This document shows positions 48,676 through 61,030 of a stretch of DNA of 64,000 nucleotides, in pieces. The notes below the pieces were generated by a model, which did not search any database, was not told the DNA's origin, and was given only the letters and a program-made list of their open reading frames with translations. The stretch's first letter is position 1; the number at the start of each line of letters is the position of its first letter. This stretch comes from Ginglymostoma cirratum (Eukaryota). Where the stretch lies: the NCBI GenBank assembly GCA_024137785.1, contig JAHRHZ010000263.1:39061067-39125066 (forward strand), in the 5' to 3' direction. The position numbers were made by a program, and so were the translations under genes.

Positions 48676-50783
48676 AAATGCAATCAAATAGATAGTGTTG
48701 CTATGGAATACTCTTGAGGAACAGCTCTTGCTAACATCTTGGTCAGTGTCACAAGAAACACATCTTTGATAGAATGAGCTCTAACCACTACACTTTTACA
48801 TTTCCAATGTGAAAATGAGACATTTGCTATATTTGGATCTGCAGTCACAATTAAATATTTCCCTGCACATCTCAACTGCTATGATCTCACTACAGTGGTA
48901 TCTCCAGCATGTCAGTGCCTGGCTGTCTCTATGGAAAGGGTGGCAGCCAGCTTTGAGACCCAGGTCCAGCAGAATGCCCAATGGCTACCAGACATACACT
49001 CAGACCTGCATTCCACTGCTGCAGCTATGGATCCTCAGCAAGGCAAGGCAAGGGAGACGATGAGGGACCTTGACATCACTCCTGGTGCCCTTTCCTCTCT
49101 GGGAGACAGGATTGTGCCAGGAGGCAGCTAGAAGGAGGAGGAACAACACCCGGGCACCTCAGAAGCTGCTTCTCCAGGCACTCGAGGTCCCCTGACCCCA
49201 GTCTGTGATCCCAAAGCCTGGAGCAGTCCAAGCTGAAATAGATGGACCTACACCTGGACAGAAGACTTCCAACAGGGTCTGTGCCCTCTGGGCTGTAAGA
49301 CACCAGAGGATGATTACACAGGTCTTCCAAGTCAACAGGGCCCAATGGCAGAACAGGGTCCCTCCATCCTGGGCTTGTGCCTGGACAGAGTGGGTGGCAA
49401 AGGCTGAAGGAAACCTGCTGAAGGCACAAGTGCCACATCATTGCAAATAAGCCATTCAGTTTGTCCATATATTCTCACTTTCACTGTTACAATGTCTGCA
49501 ATCACATTCTTTTTGCCATTGGTTTAGTGTATACCCAAGTATGAGATGAGAAGCGTTGTCTTAATCACCAAGCATTACTCATCTCTCTCAAGCAACCACA
49601 TGTTTGATGATAGCTTCAGGAATGTCAAGGTCCATAAATCTTATCTTTGAGTATGGTAGCCGAGGCATTGCACATTAATGTGGAGGACACTGATGCCAAA
49701 GGCAAGATCTGGGGAATATGTCAGGGCCTGCATGCATCCTTTGACACTTGCACCCTCCTTAGGGATGAGAGTACAGAATCACTGGTGATCCCAAAAGGGT
49801 AATATTGATCCTCTGTATGAGCCTTTCAGAGAAGTGCAGTGACATTCAAGGTTGGGAGTTGTCCAATAGGAAGTTCACCTCTCCACATCCCTCTTAGCAC
49901 AGAAATCTGGAGAGAAAAGCTGCACAAAGCTGCCTCTCTCAGGTTAAGAGCTGTAAAAGTAAATGTTCAAACTTATCAAGGCAATGTTTCAGTCTCTGTG
50001 CACTCTGAAGCATTGTAAGGACACAGATGAAGGAAGGGTCAAAGGGAGCTTTTTTAGAATTTATGTTATGTGGGACTGATCAACACAAGAGTTATGTCAT
50101 TTCCTGCTGAGTGTTTTCAGAACCCCACAATATTAGCACCATGTCATGCAAGTGCTGTGTCTCATGGCTGTCTTTTTCTTAACAGTGATAGAGGTCAGGG
50201 TATGTGTGTGGTTACTCTAATATTGGTTTAGCTGAAGATATCATTCACACATTAACATGGATAATATGGCCCTTAATAAGCAACACAAAATGTGAAAAAC
50301 AGCAAATTAACAAAGTCAGACATTTGCTTTGAACTGAAGAGGGGTCTGCCTGCCAGCTGAGCAACTTGGAAATTCAAACACTCAAACCATGTCAGAACCC
50401 AAATCCATCTTCCTGGAAGTGGGTGACAATCAGGTTGTCTCTGGCCTCTTAGACTTTCTGCAATATTGCTCTCTTTGGTCATTTTGCCCACTTTGGGAGG
50501 ACCTGCAATGGTGTGGGGAGAGGGGACACCATCAAAAAAGACCTGGTAAGCTTCCATCAGGCTCCCATCTCAACCCATTGTCTCCTGGGTTTTGGCATGA
50601 AAATGTACTTCTCCTCAAGAGTCCCCCATTATTGACGCAGTCTATTCCTGTCCACACTGATATAGTGATAGACGCCATGAAATCGATATTGGCCTCAGCC
50701 TCTTCATTGGCTACTACTGTTAATATGCCACCATAGGCTCTGATGAAGCTCTTTTATGAAGAGTCATCGAGCCTTGAAACATT

Positions 50784-51080
50784 GGTGGCATGGTGGCTCA
50801 GTGGTTAGCACCACTGCCTCACAGTGCCAGGGGCCTGGGTTCAATTCCACCTCAGGTGACTGTCTGTATGGAGTTTGCACATTCTCCCTGTGTCTTAGTG
50901 GGTTTCCTCTGGGTCCTCCAGTTTCCTCCCACAGTCCAAAGATGTGCAGGTTAGGTGGATTGGCCATGCTGAATTGCCTGTAGTGTTCAGGGATGTGCAG
51001 CTTAGGTGGGTTATAAAGGGGTGGGTCAGCGTGGACTTGTTGGGCTGAAGGGCCTGTTTCCACACTGTAGTGATTCCATG
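50784..51080 (+). mobile_element. HE1-type V-SINE
   Basis: Same structure as the other HE1 copies. Confidence 0.85.
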
Positions 51081-52487
51081 TCTATGTCATTAGCTTGCTC
51101 TGTCTCCATGAGTGCTGCCTGAACTGCTGTGATCTCCAGCATTGTTTTGTAATTCCAGCTCTGGCAGTAATTTTCTCCTATGTTGTGCTACCTTAGGTTG
51201 CTTCCTAGTTACAGCCATAGCAACATGACTTCCACAAATGCAGGAAGGACCACTGAAGGTGATCTTAGCATTGTTCAATAAGATGGCTTAATTAGAGTTA
51301 ATTCACAAGTCACTGACAATTGATAACTAAGGTTTAATGATAAACTATTCAGGGTGCATGGTTTAGATTATTTTAAGCTAATATTCACTACCATCCTTTG
51401 TTAAGGGAGGTGGAAGGAAATCAAACATCCATTTTTGATTGTTTCAGTACAGTATTCTGAAAATGTCTTTCTAGAATAGCAACTTTGCCTTTTTTAAATT
51501 AGTTAGTTGTGCTAAGTCCATGTCCTAATTTCTTTCGGATCTATGACCAAAGCTTATACTGACTGAGCTGGTTACAGTGAAGGCTAAATCATTGTTGAAC
51601 TTGGTAAAGCTAAATCATATATTTGTAACCAAGTGGAGGAAACCTTGTTCCTTTCAACCTATTCTTCAAATTACTTAAAAGAATAAAGAAATAGTATAGT
51701 TGAGTACCTTTGAATGTGAAGTGCTTACGCTCATGCTTCTACATACTAAGTATATTTCATTTACTTATTATACTTGAACAGGTTTCCCTTTGGACCTCTT
51801 TTGTAGAATTGCTTAAGACTCTGCTTTATTTGAGAAGCTTTTTTGTCAACATGGGTCATGTGTGTATTGGTGAATATGAAATATAATGGTTAGGCTCCAG
51901 TTCTTTGAAATGCACTTGACCAAAACAAAGCTCTACATGAAAAGAGGCCTTATCCATTGCTTACTCAAAAACATGAAGACAAGGACACTTTCAATGTTCC
52001 AACATTGAGAAGTCAACCTGTCCTGTTACAACATTATAAAAGCTTAACTGTCAATCAGCACTAATGGATGTATTCTCCATGACAACACCTTTATCAATCA
52101 GAGTCCACTTGTGACCCAATCAGCACTGACCTCTGATACAGTGTAACTGTTAGTTGACCCCTTCAGTTGGCATTCTTGCTAAATGTCCTGGTGAATGTAA
52201 GACAAAAAGCCTCAGCAAAATGTCTCTTTTTGCAGCAATACCTGGATTTTTTTTTTCTAGTGATTTCAGAATATTTTGACTGTTTGCAAATGGCTAGGAA
52301 GTTTCTTTAACAAAGATTTATTTAAGTAGAAATGATCAAGATGGCTCTTGGCTTGACTAAAAGAAGATAAAATAAACTGCTGTCCTTGCTAAACAACAGT
52401 CTTCTGAAGTTGTTGAGGTTGTTGAGGTTACTCGCTTACTTTATGTAGGTGCTGACCTTTCTAAAAAAAACCTTTCACTATCATTTT

Positions 52488-52577
52488 TGAAGAAGCGTCC
52501 CGACCCGAAACATTAGCTTTCCTGCACCTCTGATGCTGCCTGGCCTGCTGTGTTCCTCCAGCTCCACACCGTGTTAT
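52488..52577 (+). mobile_element. Short Penelope 3' fragment beginning at a decayed hammerhead
   Basis: ttgaagaagcgtcccgacccgaaacattagc.... Imperfect TSD ctttcac(t/a)at(c/g)atttt at 52472-52487 and 52578-52593. Confidence 0.7.
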
Positions 52578-52715
52578 CTTTCACAATGATTTTCCGTGTA
52601 CAGAAAGTAAATTATTGCAAAAAAAACTCATCTAGAGCTTCTTCCTACATTTTTTTTGTCATGTTGAACTAATTACCTTTTATCCATTTACAAACACTTC
52701 TGTGTTATTTTTCAG

Positions 52716-52791
52716 ATGGCGAACAAAACAGAACTTGGATTATTGTTTCCTTATGATGTATGCCCAGAAAAAAGGGATTTATTATGTTCAG
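52716..52791 (+). CDS. MGAT4A: MGAT4A coding exon, 76 nt (not in the ORF track)
   Basis: tttttcAG acceptor and CAG|GTAATT donor. Encodes [25 protein letters not shown], a highly conserved GnT-IV motif. The next expected exon (LEDD...) was not seen before position 64000. Confidence 0.96.
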
Positions 52792-52864
52792 GTAATTATC
52801 TGACAGCTTGTTGTGCTTTTAAGAACCTTTAAGCATCACTGTACAATTTCCTCTTCTGCATTTA

Positions 52865-53235
52865 GGGAAGGTGATGGCCCAGTGGTATTATTGCTGGACT
52901 GTTAATCCCGAGACCCAGATAATGTTCTGGGGACCCAGGTTTGAATCCTGCCATGGCAGATGGTCGAATTTGAATCCAATAAATATCTGGAATTAAGAAT
53001 CTAATAATGACCATGACCATGGCCATGAATCCATTGTTGATTGTTGGAAAAACCGATCTGGTTCACTAATGTCCTTTAGGGAAGGAAACTGCTATCATTA
53101 CCTGGCCTGGTCTACATGTGACTCCAGACCCACAACAATGTAGTTGACTCTCAACTGCTCTCAGGGCAGTTAGGGATGGGCAATAAATGCTGCCTGGTCA
53201 GCGATGCCCTCATCCTGTGAAAGAATAAACAAAAA
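52865..53235 (+). mobile_element. SacSINE1-like (Deu-domain) SINE, best copy in the window
   Basis: tRNA-like head, gtcctttagggaaggaaactgc...tggtctacatgtgactccagacccac core, LINE-like tail and A-rich end. Confidence 0.75.
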
Positions 53236-54960
53236 TTTAAATGATACTGCGCATCACCCTTCAGTCTTTACCCAAGAAGTTCTCGGCTAGTGGGTATAAA
53301 CTGGATAGGTTTTGGGTTGTGGCTTTTCCTGCTACTGTGATGGAGTGGCACGTTGGAATGATGCACAGCAATTTGATGCAACTAAGACTTGCTAGGCATG
53401 CTAGGACATGTCAACCAAAAGTGAGTCTGGGGACACATATAGGCAAGACTTGATAAAGATGGCATATTTCCTTCCTTAATGGAAGTATTTTTAAAATTGA
53501 ATTTAAATTGTAATAGCTGTCATGTTGAGACTTAAACCCATGTCCCCAGGACATTAACTTGGACATCTGGCTTTTTTAGATGGAATACAGGTAAATGGGA
53601 TTTGTGTAGTTTAGTGTTTGTTGGTCGGCATAGACATGGTGGGCTGAAGGGCCTGTTTCTATGCCGTATGGCTCTGTCTGACCGGTGATTGTAATACCAT
53701 GCTGCTGCCTCCCCTTCAACAAAACAAGTACAACTCCAATTTTCTCCTTCCTCTACCTCCCTACTCCATCCACTTTACCAAAAGATGTTCCTATCTTTGG
53801 GCTGTTGAATAGATGCTTGAGTAACTCCCCACTGGGAGCCCAAAAAGACATATTGGTCAGTCCATGACAGTTGGCCTTGGTGTAACATGATAGAAATCTG
53901 GGATCTGGCCAACTTTGTGCGTAGAACAGATTAGGATTTGTAGAGTAAAGGGCTTTGTATCCTTACTGTGGGTATAGGCACTGAGCATGTGCAGATGGAG
54001 CTGTGTCATAGTGATATCAGTGGAGCTAGAGCCTGGTTCTGTAAAGCAGCAAGTGAAACGTTCTCTCTTTTCAACATAATTTTATGTTTAATAAAGTCTG
54101 TTGCTGTACACTCATGAGCATGTAGATCTCAAATTGCTACATGGTGGCAACAGTGATTAAACTCATGAAACCAGATACATGCCTAAGGTGATACGAGTAA
54201 TTGGAAGGCACAAATGATCCAAACCCAGAGGTGGGAAAATATCCAAAGTGCTGCTCAGTGGTAGTAGGGGTCAACCAATGACACACTTTGAGCTGTATTT
54301 AGGCACTAAACAGCAGAATAGGAAAGGCTGTGCAGAAGCTGCAGAAAGAGTGGGTTAAGTTCTACAGCAGCACGTAGCTAGCAAGAGGAAGAAATCAATT
54401 AGCTGCGGTAAAGTAGTACAGAAATGAAAGTGCCTACAGAAGTGAGGAAGAAATGAGCACATAGGAAATACACTGTTACAGACACATGAGGGGATAGGGT
54501 GCGTTTCAAACCACAGAGAAACTCCAATGGTGGGAACGCAATCTGGCCAGTTTTATTGAGAGTTGAGTGTAAAGAGAAAGACTATGGTAAGGCTGCAAAA
54601 ACAGCACAGAAAATTAAACACCGTCCAAAGCAGAATGCAGGGATGCAGAGAGGCAGGATGACCTCTTCCTAGGGGATATGAAAGGTCCAGAGCAAGAAAC
54701 TAACCCCAGGATGAATTTTGGTGCACAGGGATTAAAGGGAATGGCAGAAAGAAGCTGGTTTTAAATTGATACTGTAGCGGATGGATCATTTCTTTCCGAT
54801 CTAGGCCATAGTTGAGAGAAGGCATCCTCAAACTTTCCTCCACTAAAATGTGGAGTTTAGAATCTGAGTGAGAGCCAGAAGTGTGCTGCATCTTGCTACA
54901 ATGGCAGCAATCGCCTGTCGAAGGAAGTTACTCTCCCAGGTAGCTCTGTAATTCAGAGTA

Positions 54961-55267
54961 CCACACAAGGACTCAGTGGTTAGCATTCCTGTCTCACAGG
55001 TGCCGGGGACCCAGGTTTGATTCCCTCCTCAGGCGACTGTCTAATTAGCATCTGCACATTCTTCCTGTGTCTATGTTGGTTACCTCCAGGTGCTCCGGTT
55101 TCCTCCCACAGTGCAAAGGTGTGCAGATTAGATGGATTAACCATGGGAACTGCAGGATTACAGGGATAGGGTAGGTGGGCTGTGGGTTTGGGTATGATGC
55201 TCTTCAGAGGGTCAGTACAGACTCGATGGGCAGAAAGGCCTGCTTCCACACTGTAGGGATTCTATGA
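54961..55267 (+). mobile_element. HE1-type V-SINE nested in the Gypsy-like element
   Basis: Head ctcagtggttagcattcctgtctcacagg...ggtttgattccc, V core and gggattctatga tail. Confidence 0.8.
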
Positions 55268-55359
55268 AGAGTTTTTTATTTAGCAGCTATGGCAATTTAT
55301 TCTGTTGTCCATGATGACAAGTTCTCACTTTCTCCTGGAGTACTTGAGGTGTTCCTGTC

Positions 55360-55362
<3 letters not shown>

Positions 55363-55393
<31 letters not shown>
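55363..55393. repeat. (GA)n microsatellite
   Basis: Directly visible in the sequence. Confidence 0.95.
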
Positions 55394-55397
<4 letters not shown>

Positions 55398-56149
55398 CTC
55401 TCCCAGAAGTAATAGAGAACGCTTTATGTCCTCAACCCCAGTGTAAACTTCAGAATGTCCTCCGTTATTCTTCTTGTCTATTACATTTAACCATCAATCA
55501 ATGAACAAGGCAGAGGGGCTGTGATCATCCAGGTCCTGGAGTCCTCTCTCATCAGTCACTGTCTTCACTACTTTGTATGTTCAGTTCTTCATATGGGTTA
55601 TAGGCCAAAGACCAGTTATTGTCATTTCACCCCACCAATGTGTTAGCCCTCCAAGGAAACAAGAGAACACAAACATGCCACACATCCTATAAGAGAACCG
55701 AGAATGCCGTTGGAGATCAGTCCCTCAAGTACGAGAGATCTGTGTGTGGTTAGCAGAGGGCAAGCATTTGTGGTTAAATGTTAACAGTAATAAAGGGTGC
55801 TGTAAAATGAAAAACAACGTGGGTGATGTAGTGCAAAGGTAATTGTATCTTTACTCTGGCTATGTTTAAAGGTAACTATGTTATAGTGTTGTCAGATCGC
55901 ATGCAAGTGGAGTCTGGGTCTGTCGGGTCCCAAGTAAAGTGGCCTCTGTTTACCATGCTGTGTGTATAGTTCTGTCCAATAAAGCCTGTTGCTGTCCACT
56001 AACAAGAATGTAGAATTCACAAGACCACAAAAATTATTCCTAATGATAGGGTCTCCCTGGAACAAAACACTATGCCTACACCAGCAACAACTTTGGTTTA
56101 TATCATGAAAAGCACCAGGGCTGTTTGCAGGAATGTTAATCGACAACAC

Positions 56150-56470
56150 TTAAGTACTGAACATCAAAGAGAGCTTTGATATGCGTATCCACAGATCTGT
56201 AAAGGTAGCAGGACAGGTGGACAATATGGCTAATAAGACAAATGGAATGCTTGACTTTATTAACCGAGGCATAGAATACAAAAGCAAGGATGTTATGCTG
56301 AAACCATATAAAACACTAGTTAGGTGCAGCTGGAGTACTGCATTCCTCATCACCCACAACAGGAAGGATGCTCTTAAGAAGAGTCACATCCAACTGGAAA
56401 CGTTAACTCTGTTTCTCTCTCCATAGATACTGCCAGACCTGCTGAGTTTCTCTGGCATACCTTCAGATAT
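56150..56470 (+). mobile_element. CR1 fragment followed by a Penelope 3' fragment
   Basis: Encodes FINRGIEYKSKDVML..YKTLVR, then gaaacgttaactctgtttctctctcc... from about 56372. Confidence 0.6.
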
Positions 56471-57239
56471 TCATTTGTTTTGCCATTGCCTGAAGGGCTG
56501 CAAACCAGGAGTTGGAAAATGGGATTAGTGTAGTCAGATCTTTGTTGACTAGTGAGAAATGTAGGTCAGCAGAAAAGGGGTCAGGTGAGAAGGATTTGGG
56601 ACCTTGAATTAATTATGGCTATCAGAATTTAGGGTCAGCTGAATGGTACAGTCATGGAGTTTGATGAGGATTTCAGCAACAGAGGGATAGAGGTAAAGTA
56701 CAGTAAACAAGATGGTATAAAAGGAGATGGAAGTCTTTGTGGCAGAGTGAATACTGAGTTTGTATTTGTTGTCATCTGATAGGTGAATGCATTTCTGAGA
56801 ATAAAAGATACTGGTGAGCAATTACAGTGCAACAATTGATGGTTTAAAATAGCCTAAACTCTAAGCATCTGTCACTAGTAATTTTAGCATTGAAAATAGA
56901 ATGTATTCTTTGTGTCTTTACTACGTACTGCTTCAGCTTTCTGTGAGATATATAGTTGTTATAGAAGTTGTGAAATCCTTTTTATTGATCAATGATTATA
57001 TTCACGTAAACATTAATGATTGCCAGTCAGCAAACATTCCATTCAAAATTATTATGTAAAGTTCTTCGCTGGGTAAATCTAAACACACTTACAGACAAGT
57101 ACAGGCAAATTTGAAAACAAAAACTGTGCTTACGTATACAAACGTGGGGAGATCAAAATACTACACATTGAAGTAATGCCAACTCAGAGTTTAGAATGAG
57201 ATTTTGTTACAATTAACAATAAGAAACCTGTTGTAAAAC

Positions 57240-57461
57240 TAAAAACTGAAAGAATTGTGGATGCTGTAAATCAGGAACAAAAACAGAAGTCGCTGGAAAA
57301 GCTCAGCAGGTCTGGCGGCATCTGTGAAGAAAAATCAGAGTTAATGTTTTGGGTCCAGTTCTGAGGAAGGATCACCAGACCCAAAATGGTAACATTGATT
57401 TTTCTTCACAGATGCTGCCAGACCTGCTGAGCTTTACCAGTGACTTCTGTTTTTGTTCCTG
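57240..57461. mobile_element. Palindromic Penelope-derived element (further family)
   Basis: 57272-57355 is the inverted copy of about 57378-57461. The centre begins ttCTGAGGAagg (decayed hammerhead). Confidence 0.8.
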
Positions 57462-57489
57462 TAATGAAATTATCTTAAAATTATCTTAA

Positions 57490-57930
57490 CATGTAAATTA
57501 GGAGCAGAAGTAAGCCAATCAAGCTTTTGAACCTGCTCTGCCATTCAATAAAGATCAGTTTGAGTTTCAAATTCCAGTTTCCCATCTACCCCTAATCACC
57601 CTCAATCCTTTCACTTAATGAGAATCTACCTACCTATGCCTTAAAATTATTCAATGACCTCAGCTCCACCACCTTCTGAGACAGTGTTCCAAAGTGAGAC
57701 AAATCTCTGACAGCAGAATTTCCCCACACCTGAAAGAACAATCCTAAAATTAAAACAGTGTCCCCTACTCCTGGACTCCCCCACAAGAGGTATTATCCTT
57801 TCCACGTCCGCCTTGTCAAGACTATTTAGGATCCTATACACTTCTTTAAATCATCCCTCACCCTTCTAAACTCCAGTGGAAACAAGCCCAATCCATCTAA
57901 TCTTCTTTCATAAATCAACCTGCTCAATCA
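57490..57930 (-). mobile_element. CR1-type LINE 3' fragment
   Basis: ORF 57647-57841 reads YRILNSLDKADVERIIPLVGESRSRGH..RFVSLWNT. Confidence 0.7.
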
Positions 57931-57939
57931 AAGGATCTA

Positions 57940-58456
57940 GTAGTGCAGGTAGGGAGTGGTGGGGATTGGTTAATGAGATGGGAGGGACGGATAGGTGGGA
58001 GGGATGGACAGGTTGTGTCAGGTCAAGGAGCTGGGGATGAGGGGGGAGGGGTTTGGAGATGGGATGAGGCAGGGGTTGGGTAGATTTTAAAACTGGTGAA
58101 TTCCATGTTTATACCATTGGGCTGTAGGCTCCCGAGGCAGAATATGAAGTGCTACTCCTCCAGTTTGCAGGTGACATCATTCTTCTCTCCCACCTATCCG
58201 CCCCTCCCACCTCACTGACCAATCCCCATCACCCCCTATCTGCACTCACCTATCACCATCCCACGTACCTTCCCCAGCCCTACTCCTCCCCTCTCTATTT
58301 GTTTCTGAGCCTCCTTCCCCCTCCCCACTTCTGAAGAAGGGTCGGGACCCAAAATGTCAATTTTGCTGCTCCTCTGATGCTGCCTGGCCTGCTGTGTTCC
58401 TCCAGCTCCAAACTGTGTTATCTGTGACTCCAGTTCAGCAGTTCTTGCTATCTCTG
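57940..58456. mobile_element. Penelope-like element with an inverted 5' segment
   Basis: 57940-58181 is the minus-strand GIY-YIG C-terminus/UTR. 58182-58456 is the plus-strand 3' region with a decayed hammerhead at 58331-58358. Confidence 0.75.
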
Positions 58457-58484
58457 CTTGAAGTCTGAGATTTGTTCCTTTTTA

Positions 58485-59070
58485 CAGAGTCAGAGTGATA
58501 CAGCATGAAAGCAGACTCTTCGGTCCAATTAGTCTATTCCAAACAAATTTCCCGAACTAAACTAATCCCATTTGCCTGTGTTGACCCATATCCCTCTAAA
58601 CCTTTCCTATTCATGTAAGAGTCCATATTGCTTTTCAACAATGTAACTGTACCTGCATTCACCACTTCCTCTGGCAGTTCATTTCACGTATAAACCACCC
58701 TCTGTGTGAAAATGTTGCCCCTCGGGTCCCTTTTAAATCTTTCCCCTCTCACCTTAAAAACATGCCCCCTAGTTTTGAACTCCCGCACCATAGGAAAAAG
58801 GCCTTTGCTATTTACCTTACCTATATCCCTCATGATTTTATAAATATCTCTAAGGTCACCTCTCAACCTCCGACACTCCAGAGGAAGAGTTCCAGCCTGT
58901 TCAGCATCTCCTCAGAACTCAAATGCTCCAGTCCTGGTAACATCCTTGTAAATCTTTTCTGCACCCTCTCCAATTTAATAACATCCATCCTTTAGCAGGG
59001 CCTCACCAACGTCCAGTACAATCTCAACATGATATCCTCAGATTGAGCAATGGCCTGGGCAATGAAGCCA
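58485..59070 (-). mobile_element. CR1 (HER1-like) LINE 3' fragment
   Basis: ORF 58684-58866 reads MRGDLRDIYKIMRDIGKVNS...TRGHVFKVRGERF...FTQRVV. Confidence 0.8.
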
Positions 59071-59769
59071 AGCCATCCTCTCTGCGATTCATTAGAAACC
59101 TTTAATTAAAAAATAGACCCCAGCAGCCAGGCTGCCAGTGTGGATGCAGGGGTGTGAGATGCCCCTCTACAGAGTGGCTTTTGGCTGTTCCTAAACCCAG
59201 GCAGATAGGTAGGGCCTCTAAACCTGCCTGGAGCCAGGGCTGCCTGCCTGCCATTCGTTGCCAGCCTCCAGCTACTGGACCTAGCCCCACCAGTGAGAAG
59301 ACATGGAGGCCGATTGAAAAATTTCATTGGCCTCCTTTTGTAGTCCTCAGTTTGTTCCTTTATTGAAGCTGCAGCTTACCTAAGGGCAGTGATCCTACCC
59401 ACACCAAACTCACCTCTGGTCCGGTGGCAGGCTGACCCCATATTCCCCCCGTTACCTGGCAAGGAACAAGAATCCCACCCTTGTATCATCTATGAGATTA
59501 CATGAAGGTATTATGGCTGTGAAAAACAATATCCTTCACATGGCAACCGTAAATGTCCTGTTGAGAAGGGATTGCAGGGCACTATCTTTTCCAATTTAAG
59601 CCTCTACTCAATTTTTGAAACTCTGTTAATCCCATAAATATTTTCACAGAGAGCTGAGCAGAATTTCTGCCATTAATGAAAGTTCTAAAAGCCAACCAGA
59701 GGTGACCAAAGAAGAGGGAGAGAACAAAAACTCTGAGGGCAAACTAGCAAGTAATATTAAAAAAACCAA

Positions 59770-61030
59770 GCCATATTCTTTAAGGAACTTACATTATCTT
59801 TGGCCTCTCTTCCTTTTTATATATTTAAAGCAGCTTTACTGTGTTTCTTTAATATTACTTGCTAGTTTGCCGTCAGAGTTTTTGTTCTCTCCCTCTTCTT
59901 TGGTCACCTTTGGTTGGCTTTTAAAACTTTCCCAATCCTCTGGTTTACCGTTGATCTTTTCTACGTTGTAGTATTTTTCCTCTCAGTTTGATACTATGCT
60001 TGCCTTCCTCAGTTAACCGTGAATGGTTTATTCACTTTCTAGAATCCTTCTTCTTCAATGGCATATATCTTTGTTATGAGTCATGAACTACTTTCTTAAA
60101 CGCCTGCCATTCTTCATCAGTGATCTTTTCTGTTGGAGCCCTTTCCTATCCAACTCTGCCCTCATTTCTTTTTAATATCCTATTTAAATTTAACATGATT
60201 GTTTAAGTTCTAAATTTCTCACTCTCAAACTGAATGCTAAACTCTACCATGTTATGGTCACTGTTTCCAAGCGGATCTTTTACTCTGATATCACTCAGTA
60301 GCAGCAGTGTGTACTATCTACAAGATATACTGCTGAAATTCACCAAAGATCCTCAAACAGCACCTTCCAAACCCACGATCTCTTCCATCTAGAAGGACAA
60401 GGGCAGCAGATATATGGGAACACCGTCACCTCCAAGTTCCTCTCCGAGTCACTCACCATCCTGAGTTGGAAATATATCGCCGTTCGTTCACTGTCGCTGG
60501 GTCAAAATCCTGGAATTTCCTCCCTAATAGCATTGTGGGTCAACCCACAGCAGGAGGACGGCAGCAGTTCAAAAAGGCAGCTCACCACCTTCTCCAGGGC
60601 AACTAGCGATGGGCAAGAAATGCTGGCCAGCCAGCGACACCCACATCCCACAAATGAATAAAAAAAATTAAACTTGCCTCATTTCACATACCCAATCAAA
60701 AATAGACAACTCCCTGGCTGTATCCACACATGTTGCTCTAAGAAATTATTCCAAATACACTCAATTTAATTCTTCCTCATGGCTACTTCTGTCAATTTGA
60801 TTTTTCCAATCTGCATGAAAATTAAAGACATGCACGAGTAAGGTCCTGTTTTTTTTTACTTGTCTTTATTAACTCCTGATTTTATTTTTTGTCCAGCACT
60901 GTAGTACTGTTAGGGTCCTATAGACTACTCCCATCATTGTCTTCTTCCCTTAGTTATTTCTTGCCTCCACTGTTATGGATTCTACATCTTCCAATCCAAG
61001 ATCATTTCTTTTGATCATACTTTGTCCATC
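59770..61030. mobile_element. Degraded minus-strand CR1 with a plus-strand CR1/L2-group 3' end nested at about 60298-60667
   Basis: The nested piece (gcagcagtgtgtactatctacaagat...ccacaaatgaataaaaaaaa) is well preserved. The flanks read as antisense CR1 endonuclease/linker remnants. Confidence 0.6.

Larger units (their letters stand above)
53881..56029 (+). mobile_element. Decayed Gypsy-like LTR element
   Basis: Candidate LTRs at 53881-54141 and 55827-56029 (TG...CA) share aataaag.ctgttgctgt.cact.a..ag.atgtaga. PBS TGGTGGCAACAGTG (tRNA-Leu-like) at 54142-54155. No TSD found and the internal ORFs are destroyed. Confidence 0.55.

Noticed and set aside
48700-49900. Possible Harbinger-type transposon remnant (also about 40700-41400)
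   Set aside because: Only a vague resemblance. No TIR, TSD or catalytic motif identified.
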